A DNA stretch of 63,471 nt, the filler included, from Octopus bimaculoides (Eukaryota): the NCBI RefSeq assembly GCF_001194135.2. It is 6 parts of 6 records of this genome, joined end to end, with 100 filler letters (N's around TTAATTAATTAA, not from the genome) between each part and the next. Parts side by side here need not be neighbours in the genome. Positions count along the whole stretch, not along the records: positions 1 to 18,680 come from NC_068987.1; 5 more parts are not named here. One strand, written 5' to 3'. The notes under the pieces are model-generated. The model ran no database searches. It was not told the DNA's origin and saw only the letters and a list, made by a program, of their open reading frames with translations. Below are positions 1 through 14,589 of the stretch, one piece after another. The translations under genes were made by a program, and so were the position numbers. Position 1 is the stretch's first letter. Every line of letters starts with the position of its first letter.

Positions 1-11
1 GGGATTCACAC

Positions 12-44
<33 letters not shown>

Positions 45-90
45 CACATTCTCATTTTTATATATATAAATATATATATATATGTGTGTG

Positions 91-147
<57 letters not shown>

Positions 148-729
148 CGTTATGGCTAACTTCCGACGTCGGAAGCACGAGGTTTCGATGAAGTCATTGG
201 ATTTTAAGTTACCTCTCTGAACTCTACTCTGTGATATCAATGCTACTCTTACTTTGTATTATCCCACACACTGTATGTTTTTGTGAGTCAGTGTGTGTGG
301 TGTGTTTTAATGTGTGTGTGTGATTTGTGGTATGTTTGTGTATGTGAGTGTTGGTACGCGCGCAAAATGGAAAAAAGTGTAGAATATATAACACACACAC
401 AGGCTCTCGATAAACGCGTTGTCGGGAACCCAATATAATTTGGGGCTGTACGTAGAATTGTTTCAGACTGAGAATGAATTGAGAAGGCAGACAGATTCGA
501 TAATTTTCCAAATGAAGGTGTTGAAGTACGTGAGTTTGATAAATAGAAGTTCCACACTCAATTATACTATTGTCAATATCTACACAGGTGCACATTCTCC
601 TTCCTGGTATAGACCAAAGGCTCGAAATTGACATCTAATCATATGTTGTTGCCTGGGGTGTTCAGGGGTCTCCTGCACCTGGTAATCTCCGAAAACGACA
701 AGGGTATAATGGGTAATTGTGGTACTACA

Positions 730-930
730 TGTGTGTGAGCTTGGAACATAGAAGGGCCTACTATCCAGTCAGGACAAAATGATAGTTTAGGAGGTTAGAT
801 GTATGTAGTATTAGACAGGCAATAACTGCTCTGGATGTTGGTTTCTGAAATTGCTCGTACTCACACACATAGAACAAGTGAGATTTCTTTGCGATACTAC
901 CAGTTTGATTGGTGCACTTACTCTATGGGG
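730..930 (+). mobile_element. Degenerate LINE apurinic-endonuclease N-terminal fragment (RTE/CR1-like)
   Basis: Across frameshifts reads W-N-I-E-G ... ALDVGF-SEIAR ... TSEISLRYYQFDWC, resembling the APE start (TWNV...D-I-x-x-x-Q-E-x-R...G-E-I...Y-x-F-x-W). By-eye match only. Confidence 0.3.
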
Positions 931-1296
931 AATAATTTAATACTAGCCGAAGCACTAGCGGTAGTCAAAGGGAAAGAACAAACAAGCAAGACTGTCTCAT
1001 ACTCACAGCCACCAGCTTCTCAAAGAAGGTACAAAATCGAGGAAACGAAAATCTCTTCTGTCGCAGAGACTGTACTTGCTCTGAACAGTAGTTTCAATAC
1101 ATTGTCCCTTGAAGATAAGATAGAACTTAGAACTTCGAAAAAGGTCAAAAGAAAAAGAAAATACGAGCCCGTATTGAAAGCTATTATGAAGTTGAAAGTC
1201 CATTGTAGGAGAGTCTGCAATTTTCGGTCCAAACACCTGATGACCACATGACAGAAATTGTATGTAAACAAACGTACGCTTACATACACACACACA

Positions 1297-1337
<41 letters not shown>

Positions 1338-1987
1338 ACACACACACATACATATACACACACATGCACACACACAGACCCAAGTGTGACGTCATTATTG
1401 ATGGTGAATATGTTTATTATTTTTATATGTATCGAAAATTATAATGAAGTAGAGTTGCAATTGTTTCTGAAATGAGCATTCATTAGCAAACCTACCAGTT
1501 CTAACATCGATCACTACAGGGAAAGAAACTATTTAAAGTTCAACAAATTGTTCACTAGCGATTGGATGCAAATGTAATCCTATGATATATTTGATGTGTG
1601 CTTTGAGATAGCAGGTTCTTTGTTGTGTAGGTTCTAAAAACTGTGCCCCCATTGTGCAAATGATAAAGAGAAATTTTTCGACCTTAGGTTTTCTTTGAAG
1701 TTTAGACGATGCAGATTTTAAAGATTATTCACGAGAGACTTAAGGGGGAAAATTTCCTTTTGTTGCGGATAATATTCTGCATTTCTAAAAATGCAGAATG
1801 CTATCTCCAACATAATCGGTGGCCTTTCTGCAGCAACATCCTTTGTTATTACAAAATTCGTACAGCATGTGCAGTTCTCTACAGTGATGTGTTTCAATAT
1901 CTGCTTCCTATGAATAATTAATTCTTACAGCTTACATTGTCTTTATGTGATTCTTGTTCCCCCTTCAAATTTCTGGATGAATTCTTC

Positions 1988-2359
1988 GTTGTGTTGTTGG
2001 CACTCCGTCGCTTACGACGTCAAGGATTGCAGTTGATCCGATCAACGGAACAGCCTGCTCGTAAAATTAACATGCAAGTGGCTGAGCACTCCACAGACAC
2101 GTGTACCCATAACATAGTTCTCGGGGATATTCAGTGTGACAAGGCTGACCCTTTGAATTACAGACACAACAGAAACAGGAAGTAAGAGAAAGTTGTGGTG
2201 GAAGAGTACAGCAGGGTTCGCCACCATCCCCTGCCGGAGACTCGTGGAGCTTTAAGAGTTTTCGCTCAATAAACACTCACAACGCTCGGTCTGGGAATTG
2301 AAACCGCGATCTATGACCGCGAGTCCGCTGCTGTAACCACTTGGCCATTGCGCCTCCAC
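1988..2359 (-). mobile_element. tRNA-derived SINE, near full length (family C)
   Basis: Minus strand starts GTGGAGGCGCAA-TGGCCAAGTGG (A box) ... GGTTTCAATTCC (B box) and ends in a (CAA)-type tail GGAGTGCCAACAACACAAC. Confidence 0.8.
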
Positions 2360-2862
2360 TCTTAGTTCTGTACATATTTACGTATCTGTATATAATAAAA
2401 ACAACTGCCAAATTATTAGAGCTTTTCTACTTGGTTTCGCAAAATACACAACGGTATTTATTATAAGAATGATATATCTATAGATATTTTTTCATGATTT
2501 GCAACACCATTTACTGAGAATATTTTTCAATACTTGCACGTTATATGCCCACAAAAGCATTCATTTTCATTATCTACTACATTTATTCCGACGTAAATTC
2601 AAGTGTTGCGCTTTTAACAACTTTTAGCTATGGGATGAATTCGACGACATAACAGTAAGCTTTAACATAATAGAAATACAAAACCAAAAACAAATGAACT
2701 TTAGCTTCATACTATTTAACTAAAATCTGAAATCGAAAAGATCGTGGAAAATTTTAACATCAAGAAACAAATTGAAACTTTGAATTTCAAAAAACGCTCA
2801 ACTTAATTCTGCAAAACTTACTATCTGTTAAAGTATAATAGGATTTTAGAAAGACCAATAGA

Positions 2863-2909
<47 letters not shown>

Positions 2910-2929
2910 CTCTGTGTGTNNNNNNNNNN

Positions 2930-2966
<37 letters not shown>

Positions 2967-3180
2967 AAATAGAAATGAAAACATTTATCAATCTTGGAAC
3001 TTTAACAGGTCCCGCTAGTTATTTTCGCTTTGTAATATATCCAATAATTTGCGCGAATACGTCTACCTTGTGGCATTAATAAAGAAATGATTATTACTCT
3101 TATCACAGCTTTTGTTGTTTTTGTTGCTTTCCTTGAAGTTATACTTAATACGACTACAACTGCCGTTGCTGCTGCTGTTG

Positions 3181-3320
<140 letters not shown>

Positions 3321-3578
3321 NNNNNNNNNNNNNNNNNNNNNNNNNNNNNNNNNNNNNNNNNNNNNNNTAATAATAATAATAATAATAATTATCATTTCTA
3401 ATAAATATTAAAAGATAGTCTTACTATTTATATTAATAGTTATTAATATAATGTATATTATGAATTATTATTTTGGTTATTCATTATCATTATAGTGACT
3501 GCAGCTCCTACCACTACTAACAAAGACACGACCACTAATGTTTCTATTTCGTCTACCACTATTACTACAACAACTACA

Positions 3579-3625
<47 letters not shown>

Positions 3626-3995
3626 CTATTCCTAATTTCGGCATCAAGTCTAAGCTATTTATTGTTACCTGTCTAGCTAATCTACAGTAGACGGTCATTA
3701 TTAGTGCCAGGTATTGGCGCTAGAATGTTTATCACGTGCTTGAATTACAAGAGCTAAATTTATCGTCAATATCCATTACTGGGAAGCAAATTATTGTTGT
3801 ATGGGTGTGTATGAGTGTTTGCGTGCAGTGAGCGTGTGTGTACGTGTGTACGTGCGTGCGTGTGCGTGTGTGTGTGTGCGTGCGTAAGTATGAGAATGTG
3901 CTTACGTAGTTGATTGAAGGTATAAGAGTATAAGTGTATGTGTGAATGCATGTGATCATACATAATCATACACACTGGTGCATAACAAAGAAAAC

Positions 3996-4047
<52 letters not shown>

Positions 4048-4176
4048 AATATGCGTTGGTGGGAGACAGAAAGAGAGAGTGTGCGTGTGTCTATATGTGC
4101 CTATGTGTGTGCATGTGTGTATACGAATGTATANNNNNNNNNNNNNNNNNNNNNNNNNNNNNNNNNNNNNNNNNNN

Positions 4177-4207
<31 letters not shown>

Positions 4208-4724
4208 CGTGTGTATGTTTGCATGTGTGTCTCTGTATATGTATGAATATTATCTTGTATTTGTAATTATTTGATTTCTTACAAGGAAGTAGTTGGTTTC
4301 TAACCAATCTACAAAATTTCATCTTTGAAATGAAAATGACGAAACCTAAGTCAGATGTTCAACTTTCGAAAACCTGGCATATCTTTACTCTTAAGCTTAA
4401 TGGTTGAATTTACTAAGTTCGGGCTACGTGAGTGACTTCTTTTTCTAGGAACCCTAGCTCATTGAGATCTTCACTTAAGCAATTGCTACCAAAACCAAGC
4501 GCATCAATTATTATTGGTATAAATGTGAAATTATTATCTGGATATAAAATATTAAGGTTTCGATGCAGTTGTTTGTAATTATAGATTTTCGAAGAGGTAT
4601 TTCTTCACATCAGCATGGTAGCTGACTTCTATGATGATGCATAACTTTTTCTGCCTCAGACAGCTATATATGTCCTATCATGTTTGCCCTAGGTAAAATG
4701 TTTAATTCTTTTATTCTTTCATTT

Positions 4725-4890
4725 GTCATTTGAACCGCTAAGTTATAGGGACGAACATACCAGCACCGGTTGTCAAGCGATGGTGGGGGCACAAACACAG
4801 CTGTGGCTATAGTGGAAGACAGTTGCCCTAGGTGTCACGCAGTGGGACTGAAACCAGAACCAAGTGGTTGGGAGTAAGCTTCCTACTTAA
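4725..4890 (-). mobile_element. CORE-type SINE (family A), internally deleted copy
   Basis: Tail motif GAACCGCTAAGTTA...CGGTTGTCAAGCGATG fused directly to head motif GCTATAGTGGAAGACAGTTGCCC...CACGCAGTGGGACTGAA; both match the copies at 14590-15070 and 44875-45075. Confidence 0.75.
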
Positions 4891-5099
4891 TCCTCGACAT
4901 TCTCGGATATCCGCTTGGAATTGCGGGATATACATTTTTGTAATGTAGTCAGTACTACAACTCTTTGCGCATATATCAGATTATCGTCGCATATTGAGAA
5001 ACTACTCGAATTTGTATTTTTATTCAGCTTATTTTTCTAAAGCCCTTTTTCATATTTGAAATATACACATCGCCTACAAATTCCATTCTTATATTCTGT

Positions 5100-6025
5100 G
5101 CAGTCACTAGCAGTTCATGGATAGCAGTGCAGCTATTACGTTATTTTCTAGTGGTTCCGTATTTTGGGGAATTAGTCACGGTAGACAGTCCACATGTCCA
5201 ATTTTTTCGCTGGAATATACTGCATTTTGAAATTGTAAATTAGTAATATTATACCCCAGCGTTACAGCCCGTTTCCTTTATGGGTAGGTAACCGTTTCTT
5301 TGGCCCATAAATTGATAGTAATGTTCGATGATCTGTTTGTAATAGGAAACTTCTACCATGTAAAAACTTGTGAAATTTTTCACAGCAAAGATAATCGATA
5401 GGGCTTCTTTGTCTATTTGACTGTATTTTTTTTTCAGTCGCTATCAACGAGCGCGAAGCATGAATCACTAGTTTCGTACCTCGATCTTTATACTTGTGCA
5501 GTAAAACTCCTCCTATTAAGTACCCCGAAACATCGGACTCTATCACAATGTCGATTTCAGAATCGAAATGCGCTAGGGACAAATTTGCGATTAGATTTTT
5601 GTTTTCATATCTTCAATCTCGTTTCTGCATTTAACTGACCAAGTCCATTTACTTCTTTCTTTAATAAGTCATTCAATGTAGCTCTTCATGTGTGTATGTT
5701 AAGGATGCAGTTTGGTAGTAGTATGCCAGCCCAAGAAATGCTTGTAATGTTGGTATATTTGTCGGGGCAGGCATATTCTTTATTGCGCCTGCCCTCGATG
5801 GTCCTGGCCGTCTACCATTTTTATCAGTTATTTGCCCTAAGTACTAAATTTGAGGCAAAAAGTATTCGCTTTTTCTTCACTCAAAGTGAATCCGTACTCT
5901 TTAATTTTCATGAACACGGCTTTTACATGCTCCGCATGCTGTTCCCCCGAATTGCTCTTGATCAACATATCGTCCAAATAAAAGATTGCTAATTCACAAT
6001 CGGATAACATAGCGTCCATTCAAAA
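5100..6025 (-). mobile_element. Ty3/Gypsy LTR retrotransposon pol relic (RT C-terminal part + RNase H), frameshifted
   Basis: AIFYLDDMLIKS (YLDD), LAHFDSEIDIVIESDVSGYLIGGVLLH...IHASRSL, YSQIDKEALSIIFAVK, GRSFLLQTDHRTLLSIYG, RWGIILLIYNFKMQYIP. Confidence 0.9.
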
Positions 6026-6379
6026 TTAACTGGGTATATCTCTACAACCCCCTATGTATTTATTGTCAGATACTTTGAACGTTTGTCATTTATTTAATCT
6101 GTAAGTAAGCATCAGACAGATCCAATTTTGAGAAAAGTTTTCCACCATCTAATTTTGCGAAAATATACTCTGGCGTCGGGGAGCCAAACTACGAACCGCC
6201 GATTTCGTCAGACCGCTACATTTATATGCAGTGGTCCCGTCTATTCTCGTCAGAGGGTNNNNNNNNNNNNNNNNNNNNNNNNNNNNNNNNNNNNNNNNNN
6301 NNNNNNNNNNNNNNNNNNNNNNNNNNNNNNNNNNNNNNNNNNNNNNNNNNNNNNNNNNTTTTTATGAAGTGTTGAGTAT

Positions 6380-6480
6380 GAAGAAACATCTAAAATTACG
6401 AAGATAACACTTCGTCGGAGACACATCAAATGGCCACTGGCGTTGCAGGATGAATAGAGAGCTGTACGGTGAACCATCGA
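6380..6480 (+). mobile_element. Possible RTE-type LINE C-terminal fragment
   Basis: ITKITLRRRHIKW / CRMNRELYGEP resembles the RTE post-RT motif RRLRWAGH..RM...P...LYGE. Very short. Confidence 0.3.
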
Positions 6481-9435
6481 TACAAAGGCTAAATCTCTTA
6501 TATGACAACATTCCTAACATCTAAACAGGAAGATCACATTGAATAATGTAACCTGGTGTCCAATGAAGGGCTTCGTGTGGCTGGAATGCCTTTAATTATA
6601 GGCAAGTCTACATGGGACAGAGAATGATTTCGGAACTAAACAACGCCAACACTCAAGTAGTACGGCTAACACGCTAACTCCCCATTTCCCTCGACCTGTA
6701 ACACCACTAACATCACTAACGTCCCTACTAATACCACTAACGGGCCTCCCCCATTATACTAACAACACTAACAACACTACTAACAGTACAGCTCGATGTT
6801 GTACTTGTTTGGTAGGGATCAACTCGGTCACATGTCGGCAGACCATGATCAAAGCTGTTCCACTTACATTTATACCGCCCGACATTATATGTCTGCCTAC
6901 ATTACTTAAGGCCCTTTCTTTTTTAAAGACTTCTGTCTTATTCAAAGGAAATTGATTAGCGTGTAACTATGCTGTGATTTCAGCATAAATATTCAATACT
7001 TGGACAAAGTACAGCTTGTAATATAAACCCAAGAATACGCTGTAACATCTAGTTCCTCTCAAATATAAAGAAGAGTATGCATAACACCAAGTGTCTAGTG
7101 AACATCACAAGGAATAGACGAGCATAAAACTTAACACTCCTGTAACGTCTAGCTCANNNNNNNNNNNNNNNNNNNNNNNNNNNNNNNNNNNNNNNNNNNN
7201 NNNNNNNNNNNNNNNNNNNNNNNNNNNNNNNNNNNNNNNNNNNNNNNNNNNNNNNNNNNNNNNNNNNNNNNNNNNNNNNNNNNNNNNNNNNNNNNNNNNN
7301 NNNNNNNNNNNNNNNNNNNNNNNNNNNNNNNNNNNNNNNNNNNNNNNNNNNNNNNNNNNNNNNNNNNNNNNNNNNNNNNNNNNNNNNNNNNNNNNNNNNN
7401 NNNNNNNNNNNNNNNNNNNNNNNNNNNNNNNNNNNNNNNNNNNNNNNNNNNNNNNNNNNNNNNNNNNNNNNNNNNNNNNNNNNNNNNNNNNNNNNNNNNN
7501 NNNNNNNNNNNNNNNNNNNNNNNNNNNNNNNNNNNNNNNNNNNNNNNNNNNNNNNNNNNNNNNNNNNNNNNNNNNNNNNNNNNNNNNNNNNNNNNNNNNN
7601 NNNNNNNNNNNNNNNNNNNNNNNNNNNNNNNNNNNNNNNNNNNNNNNNNNNNNNNNNNNNNNNNNNNNNNNNNNNNNNNNNNNNNNNNNNNNNNNNNNNN
7701 NNNNNNNNNNNNNNNNNNNNNNNNNNNNNNNNNNNNNNNNNNNNNNNNNNNNNNNNNNNNNNNNNNNNNNNNNNNNNNNNNNNNNNNNNNNNNNNNNNNN
7801 NNNNNNNNNNNNNNNNNNNNNNNNNNNNNNNNNNNNNNNNNNNNNNNNNNNNNNNNNNNNNNNNNNNNNNNNNNNNNNNNNNNNNNNNNNNNNNNNNNNN
7901 NNNNNNNNNNNNNNNNNNNNNNNNNNNNNNNNNNNNNNNNNNNNNNNNNNNNNNNNNNNNNNNNNNNNNNNNNNNNNNNNNNNNNNNNNNNNNNNNNNNN
8001 NNNNNNNNNNNNNNNNNNNNNNNNNNNNNNNNNNNNNNNNNNNNNNNNNNNNNNNNNNNNNNNNNNNNNNNNNNNNNNATATTATTCATCTAACTCCATC
8101 GATAACTAACATATTGTCGGCATATAATGAATATATAGAAGTAAGCGGTTTGTGTTATAAATAACTTCGCTGATAATGCAGTAGCAACAATTGTTTCTGC
8201 ATTAATCTGGAGGCTGTATATAACACCTGTATTCCACTGAAGATCATATTTACAACACTTTTAACTTCACCTGCTTTATCTATCATATATATAACATATT
8301 GCTAAAATTAACTTAGTTACAGTGAAACATAGCTACAATTATCAATAACCTAAATATTATAAATAATACATTCAGCTGTTGTTCACAATAATATGGGTAT
8401 TCCCATTCTAATACTCAGCTCCTGTTACCAACAACATGGAAACTACTTCACGCACTCAGCTTTGTTCACAATCAAATTGAGAGTATAGCAACAATAACGC
8501 CCAGCTACTCCTGTTAGTAATGTAAAGACAATATTACTTACACCACCATCCAAATATATGCCATAATATATACATCCAAATATATGCCATAATAGTGCGG
8601 GTACAATAAACACTCAGCCACAACAATTATGCATAACGGACAACGTCTCTGGAAAACAACATTGACTTATTTCTTAAAACAGCCAGCGTCAGATAAATTT
8701 AACATGGTCACCTATTATATACAATCATGCTTTTTTAAAATACTATTGCCTAGTATTTTCAACACCGATCTCCTCCAGGATACGGTTACTTTATGAACCA
8801 GTTATTAAGGAATATCTTTGAGCCTTTGTAAAACAGCGCCCGCCGCCCCCAATGACGAAATTGATACGTCTGACGAACCAGGATTGGGCTTTCAACAGCA
8901 GCTAAATATCTATAGATACCATGTGTTTGAAAAACACTTATTTGATCTATAATATCCAGCTCATTCTTCAACGAACATCAACGCATTGGAACAGCGATCC
9001 TAATATCAATACTACATTTGAGTTAATAACTCCGTCCTCATCTTAAATATACANNNNNNNNNNNNNNNNNNNNNNNNNNNNNNNNNNNNNNNNNNNNNNN
9101 NNNNNNNNNNNNNNNNNNNNNNNNNNNNNNNNNNNNNNNNNNNNNNNNNNNNNACTTACGACAGAAAGTTCATAAGAACAATAGACGTTATATATTTCTC
9201 AATATGGTGAGATTGCGAAGGCATCAGTGCTCAAACGGTCACGATTCCTTGCTGAGTAAACAATTGATCAGCGATGATTCGTAATATTTTGAGTAAGAAC
9301 GTGGCAACGGAGAACGATAAAACTTGATAACCCCCCCCCCCGCGCACACACACATATACCCCCCCCAACAATATACACAAATATATATATAAGTATGTAT
9401 GTATACATATACATACACAAATAATATGTACGTAC

Positions 9436-9480
<45 letters not shown>

Positions 9481-9977
9481 GCAAGAGAGAGAGAGAGAGC
9501 GGGAGAGAGAGAAAGAGAAAGAGAGAGAAATGAGCGGAGAAAGAAGATTTAAAGACATATATGTATACACACACACACACACACATATGTATATATATAT
9601 ATATGCATTAATAATTAGTTATTAAATGAACACGTATATGAACGTTTATATATAAATGTATGTATATGCAACTATTTGTATTTAAACTTCTAATTCCTTA
9701 TACACATACGAATGCAACACGCAATATATATCTTAACGTTATTCGATATGAGTATATTGTCAAACTTACATGTAGACAAACATATGTAAGTATGTGTGCA
9801 TATATATATACGTGTCCGTTGTGCTTGCATTCATGCACTCGCGCACATGTGTGTTTCTAATAATACGTGCGTTTTGAACGCATGCATATATTCCGTCACT
9901 ATGCGAATATATTTGCAAACGCATAAGTTTAGGAATTAAATCAATACCAGCAACGATACCAAGTAATAATATTGATA

Positions 9978-9979
9978 TA

Positions 9980-10031
<52 letters not shown>
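9978..10031. repeat. (AAT)n microsatellite
   Basis: Directly visible. Confidence 0.95.
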
Positions 10032-10032
<1 letters not shown>

Positions 10033-12254
10033 GCAATGGTGATGCTGATGGTATCAACAACAACAACAATAAAAATAATAAAATTTATAAAAATTTATAA
10101 TTTAATACTAATCCACATATACATATACATATGTATACATACATTCATATATCTACGTGTAAATACGTTTCTGTTTTGTATATAAGGATGTATGTGTGTG
10201 TGTTCGTGTATTTTGCTATTGTAGTACATGTCATATATCATATATGTGTACATATATATGTATTAAAGATGTGTATGTGTGCCTCTATGTATGTGTTCGT
10301 GCGGTAAGGCGTCTGCATGTAAAGTTGGCGACGAGAGTTAGATTCATTTAGAGATATAAAGCACGAGTCCTACCACGTACCTGGATCTTATACGCATTCA
10401 GAATCTTAGTCACAAACATATAATTTGATTTACCTCCCCCCCTCTCTCTCTCTCTCCCACTCATATATATATATATATATATATANNNNNNNNNNNNNNN
10501 NNNNNNNNNNNNNNNNNNNNNNNNNNNNNNNNNNNNNNNNNNNNNNNNNNNNNNNNNNNNNNNNNNNNNNNNNNNNNNNNNNNNNNNNNNNNNNNNTATG
10601 AGTATATATGAACGTACATGCATACAAATGTACACATTTATTTACATTTGTTTAACCATAATTTTAATTATACGTAATTTACCTATGCAAGTATATATAA
10701 AGTCATGCATAACTGTGTGCTTATTTTGCACAAATATATATCCGTATGTGTACATATCTCTCAAGTATTCTCTCCTTCAAAACACACACACACACACACA
10801 CACACACAGATATATATATATATATTTATTATATATATATATATATATATGCATATACATACATATGTATATATATATGTATGTATGTATATATGCGTAT
10901 ATATATGTAGATACACAAACACATACGTTCATGCAAGAATTTTAAATTTATTGTTTACATATATGTCTGCATAATTACGGGTTTATGTGTACATGCCTGC
11001 ATGCCTGTGTGTGTTTATGTATGTGTATGCATGCGTGTGTCTTTATTTATGTATTTATACAGAGACACACAACTTCCTACAATGATATGCGTACGCATTG
11101 TCACTAATCATACGGTGCGATCTCTTCATAACTTTAATCAATCGTTACAATCGTGTTTAACGTAGTCTATGTTGGCTTCGTTTCTCCTGCATCCTTCCCC
11201 TGACATTTTCCTTTTCTGTCTCTTCTCCTTCGCCGCTTACTGTTCACACACGCGCGCACACACACACACACATTCACTTTTATTTTTATTGTCTTTCATT
11301 GATTACCATCTTCATATCTTATGAATTCCGTTCAGCAGACTACCGACATCGCCACCACATTAACAACCACAAGCATCACCTCCACCACGATCTCAGCCAC
11401 CAACACCATTATTACCACCTCCAGCTCTTCACCTATCAATATTCCCATCACCTCATTATCGTTATCAAACCCCATCAAATCTTCATTTAACATCATACAA
11501 TATGGAGTTCCAGTGTAAATAAAAGAGGCCAAGTCCGCAACTGTCCTTTTCTACCCGGCCCTATAGCGGTTGTCATGTCACATTGACGTGTTGTTTCGTA
11601 CATACAGGCTATTTATTTTATTTTAACATTTGGTCGACTAAAAGTTCCATAATGTGATAACGTCAAACATCATTTTAATCAATTGTAATTTTTGAAAATG
11701 AGATAATAACGATTAGCGCTGCTGCAATATATTCTGTTAGCTTTTTACAGTTTTGATAATTTTATTTCATCGTATTATTATTTTTTAATATTTTTTTTTT
11801 CGATTTTCTCTTAAAATATTTCAGTTTTTGTTTGGTTTGTTTTCGTATATTTCAGTGCATATGATTGTATATATGTTCATACATGTTTGTGTGATTCTAT
11901 ATGTCGGTGTGTTGGTGTGTGTATACGTTGAATGTTGTGTCAAATACTGCAAACATATTTTTATAACATAACGCAACATACAGAGATATACCGATATATA
12001 AGACAGATGCAGACATATACATACTACATAAATACATATTTGGAAGCATATATATNNNNNNNNNNNNNNNNNNNNNNNNNNNNNNNNNNNNNNNNNNNNN
12101 NNNNNNNNNNNNNNNNNNNNNNNNNNNNNNNNNNNNNNNNNNNNNNNNNNNNNNNNNNNNNNNNNNNNNNNNNNNNNNNNNNNNNNNNNNNNNNNNNNNN
12201 NNNNNNNNNNNNNNNNNNNNNNNNNNNNNNNNNNNNNNNNNNNNNNNNNNNNNN

Positions 12255-12294
<40 letters not shown>

Positions 12295-13439
12295 TATATA
12301 TATATATATATTAAACCAGAACAGTGAGTATTGTAAAAACACGAATCTATGAGATGCTGCGCAGTACTTCTTTATATCAGATTGATTAATAGTGTATTAT
12401 AAAACCATTATAATTTGTTACCATTTAAAAAGTTATTCTCATGATGGTATTTAAATTTTGTATGTAACCGTTCTTTTGTTTAAGTTGTCTGATGAGCGTA
12501 TTATGATGTGAAATTTCTTTGTAGTATCAAGGTGGCAGTGGGTTGAACTATAAGTTTATATGAAGATTGTTCTATCAAAATTGAAATGCTTACCGTATCA
12601 TTCTTTCAATTTCTATACGTATTTTGATCATTAATATCTTGATTCTCTCAGTGATAATCCAGAAAGCATTCTTTAAGCTAACACATGCTTGTCATAAACG
12701 TTCAACTAATACATACAATAGAAAAGGTAAGCAAATTTGACACAAAAATGTATGCAAGAAAACACACAAAAATGAATATAAGGCCTTTAATCGTCTCCAT
12801 TTTGATTCAGTTTGCCACGCCTTGCGCCTAACTGGGGCACTGCTAAGCTGATGACAATTATTCAATAAAAATGAATGTTTGAAGCCGTGCCCATAACTCC
12901 AGAAAACAGAAAAACAAATTGTCTATTTCTTACTGGCATGTAAATTTTAACGAGCTGAATCTTTGAGACAATCACTCTTTCCAATTTCGTAATTGGTCGT
13001 ACATACCAATAGATTTGNNNNNNNNNNTATATATATATATATATGTGTGCGTGTGTGTGTGTGTATCTATTTATGCATTCATATATACATTGACGTACAT
13101 CCATACATCCATCATACATACACTAGCTACACAAAAGTAATGGACACTATCATTTTTAAACATTTATTTCTCCTTTATTCATTGGATAGTTCCTGGAAGG
13201 AATACGTGGTTTCCTTCTATCTCCTCTGCCGCATTAGTTAAGTTGATGCAAATACCTTACCGAAGTACTCTGACTACCTACATATGAGTAAGTATGTATG
13301 TTACGAAATAGTTGAAGATGACTTCTTTGCCTTTACTTAAAATGTGTTGTTATGCCAATACATTAATACGTTTATTATATATATTAAGGATCCCCTCCGG
13401 ACATAAAAGACCAACGGATTACACCTAGAACGTTATGCC

Positions 13440-13645
13440 CATGCATATTTTCTCACCTCTTCACGTCACCGATACAGCTTGGCACCAGTGACATCGCAAC
13501 TCATTTCTACAGCTATCTCAAGTGGATCAACACCAAATAAATTATCTTGCTCAAGAATACAACACACAATGCGGTTCGGGAATCAAATTCAGAACTTTGC
13601 GATTATAAGCCCGACGCTCTAACTACTAAACCATGCACCTTCGCT
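13440..13645 (-). mobile_element. Degenerate tRNA-derived SINE (family D)
   Basis: Minus strand AAGGTGCA-TGGTTTAGTAG-TTAGAGCGTCGGGC (A box) ... GAATTTGATTCCCG (B box), then TTCTTGAGCAAGA and GCTGTAGAAATGAGTTGCGATGTCACTGGTGCCAAGCTGTATCGG. Confidence 0.6.
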
Positions 13646-14589
13646 ATTATGACTGGTATTTAATGTCTAACAAACTTCTAGTAACTTTTAATTTTTTGCA
13701 TTCAGTCGATAAATACGGTTCTATATCATTATTGTAAATTATGGAATTAACTTTCGCTTCCTTATAACAATTGAAATTTCTTTCATTCTAGTATTATAAA
13801 TTATGAATATTTTTTTCTCGATTAAGAACCGACTACATTCGGCTATACATAGTTGGTTATGTTTTTATTGCCTCCTGTATGTAGGATATGCCAACACAGC
13901 ACTTCTTTACATGTTACACAGATATAAAGTCTTTGTTTCTGATAATGAATTCATAAGCGAAATAACGGTATTTGCTGCACTCTGTTCTCACATTAATTCT
14001 GGCCGTATCAGTCTCTACACAGTCCATTTTAGATTTCTCATAGAGAATTAGAGATCAACATAAACTATTCACACAATGTACGCACACGGAGAGAAGTATA
14101 TACGTTCACCTACATACCGAAACACACACATACATTTGGCAAAAGAAGTGAATATATCATACATATTAAATTTTCAAAATAGATTTCATGGTAAGTTTCG
14201 TATAATAAACCTATTCAGCCATTCATATATATCTATATATATATATATATATATATATATGCATATCATTTGTAGAAACATGCATACAGATATAAAGTGT
14301 AATCACTCACACACATATAAACTGGTATAATAAAGAGACAATTGTCTCTTATTCATAGTACACGAAAACTTACATCTGTGCGTACATTAAGTCTCATTTT
14401 CCAAAGCTGCTAGTGTGTCTCGACTCAAAGAAGTTAATTGGCTTAAATTCTTCCTAGAACTTCAATATATATCAGAGAGAGCAACATGTACGCTTGATGG
14501 CATTCTTACATATAAAATGCATACAACCACACATATATACTAACAAAGCTGTCCTGTAAAAAACATTATTCCAGTTGTATTGTTTTAAT

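Noticed and set aside
1233-1270. ACACCTGATGA...GAAA hammerhead-like spacing
   Set aside because: No stem II pairing and no stem I partner.
2290-2359. tRNA-like A and B boxes (also at ~15000-15070, 51862-51950, 13570-13645)
   Set aside because: SINE heads; no complete cloverleaf and each continues into a SINE body.
8547-8594. 22-bp direct duplication (period 26); similar 32-bp duplication at ~25945-26010
   Set aside because: Ordinary slippage duplications with only two units.
11321-11518. Thr/Ser-rich or His-rich ORFs
   Set aside because: Degenerate (ACC/CAC)n low-complexity tract.
12485-12530. CTGATGA-gcgtattatgatgt-GAAATTTC hammerhead-like string
   Set aside because: Stem II only by wobble pairs and no stem I complement.
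12593-12726. Overlapping exon-like segments on both strands (IIQKAFFKLTHACHKRSTNTYNRK and LKNAFWIITERIKILMIKIRIEIERMI)
   Set aside because: Both strands give equally plausible calls and neither peptide is recognisable, which shows the chance rate of such hits.
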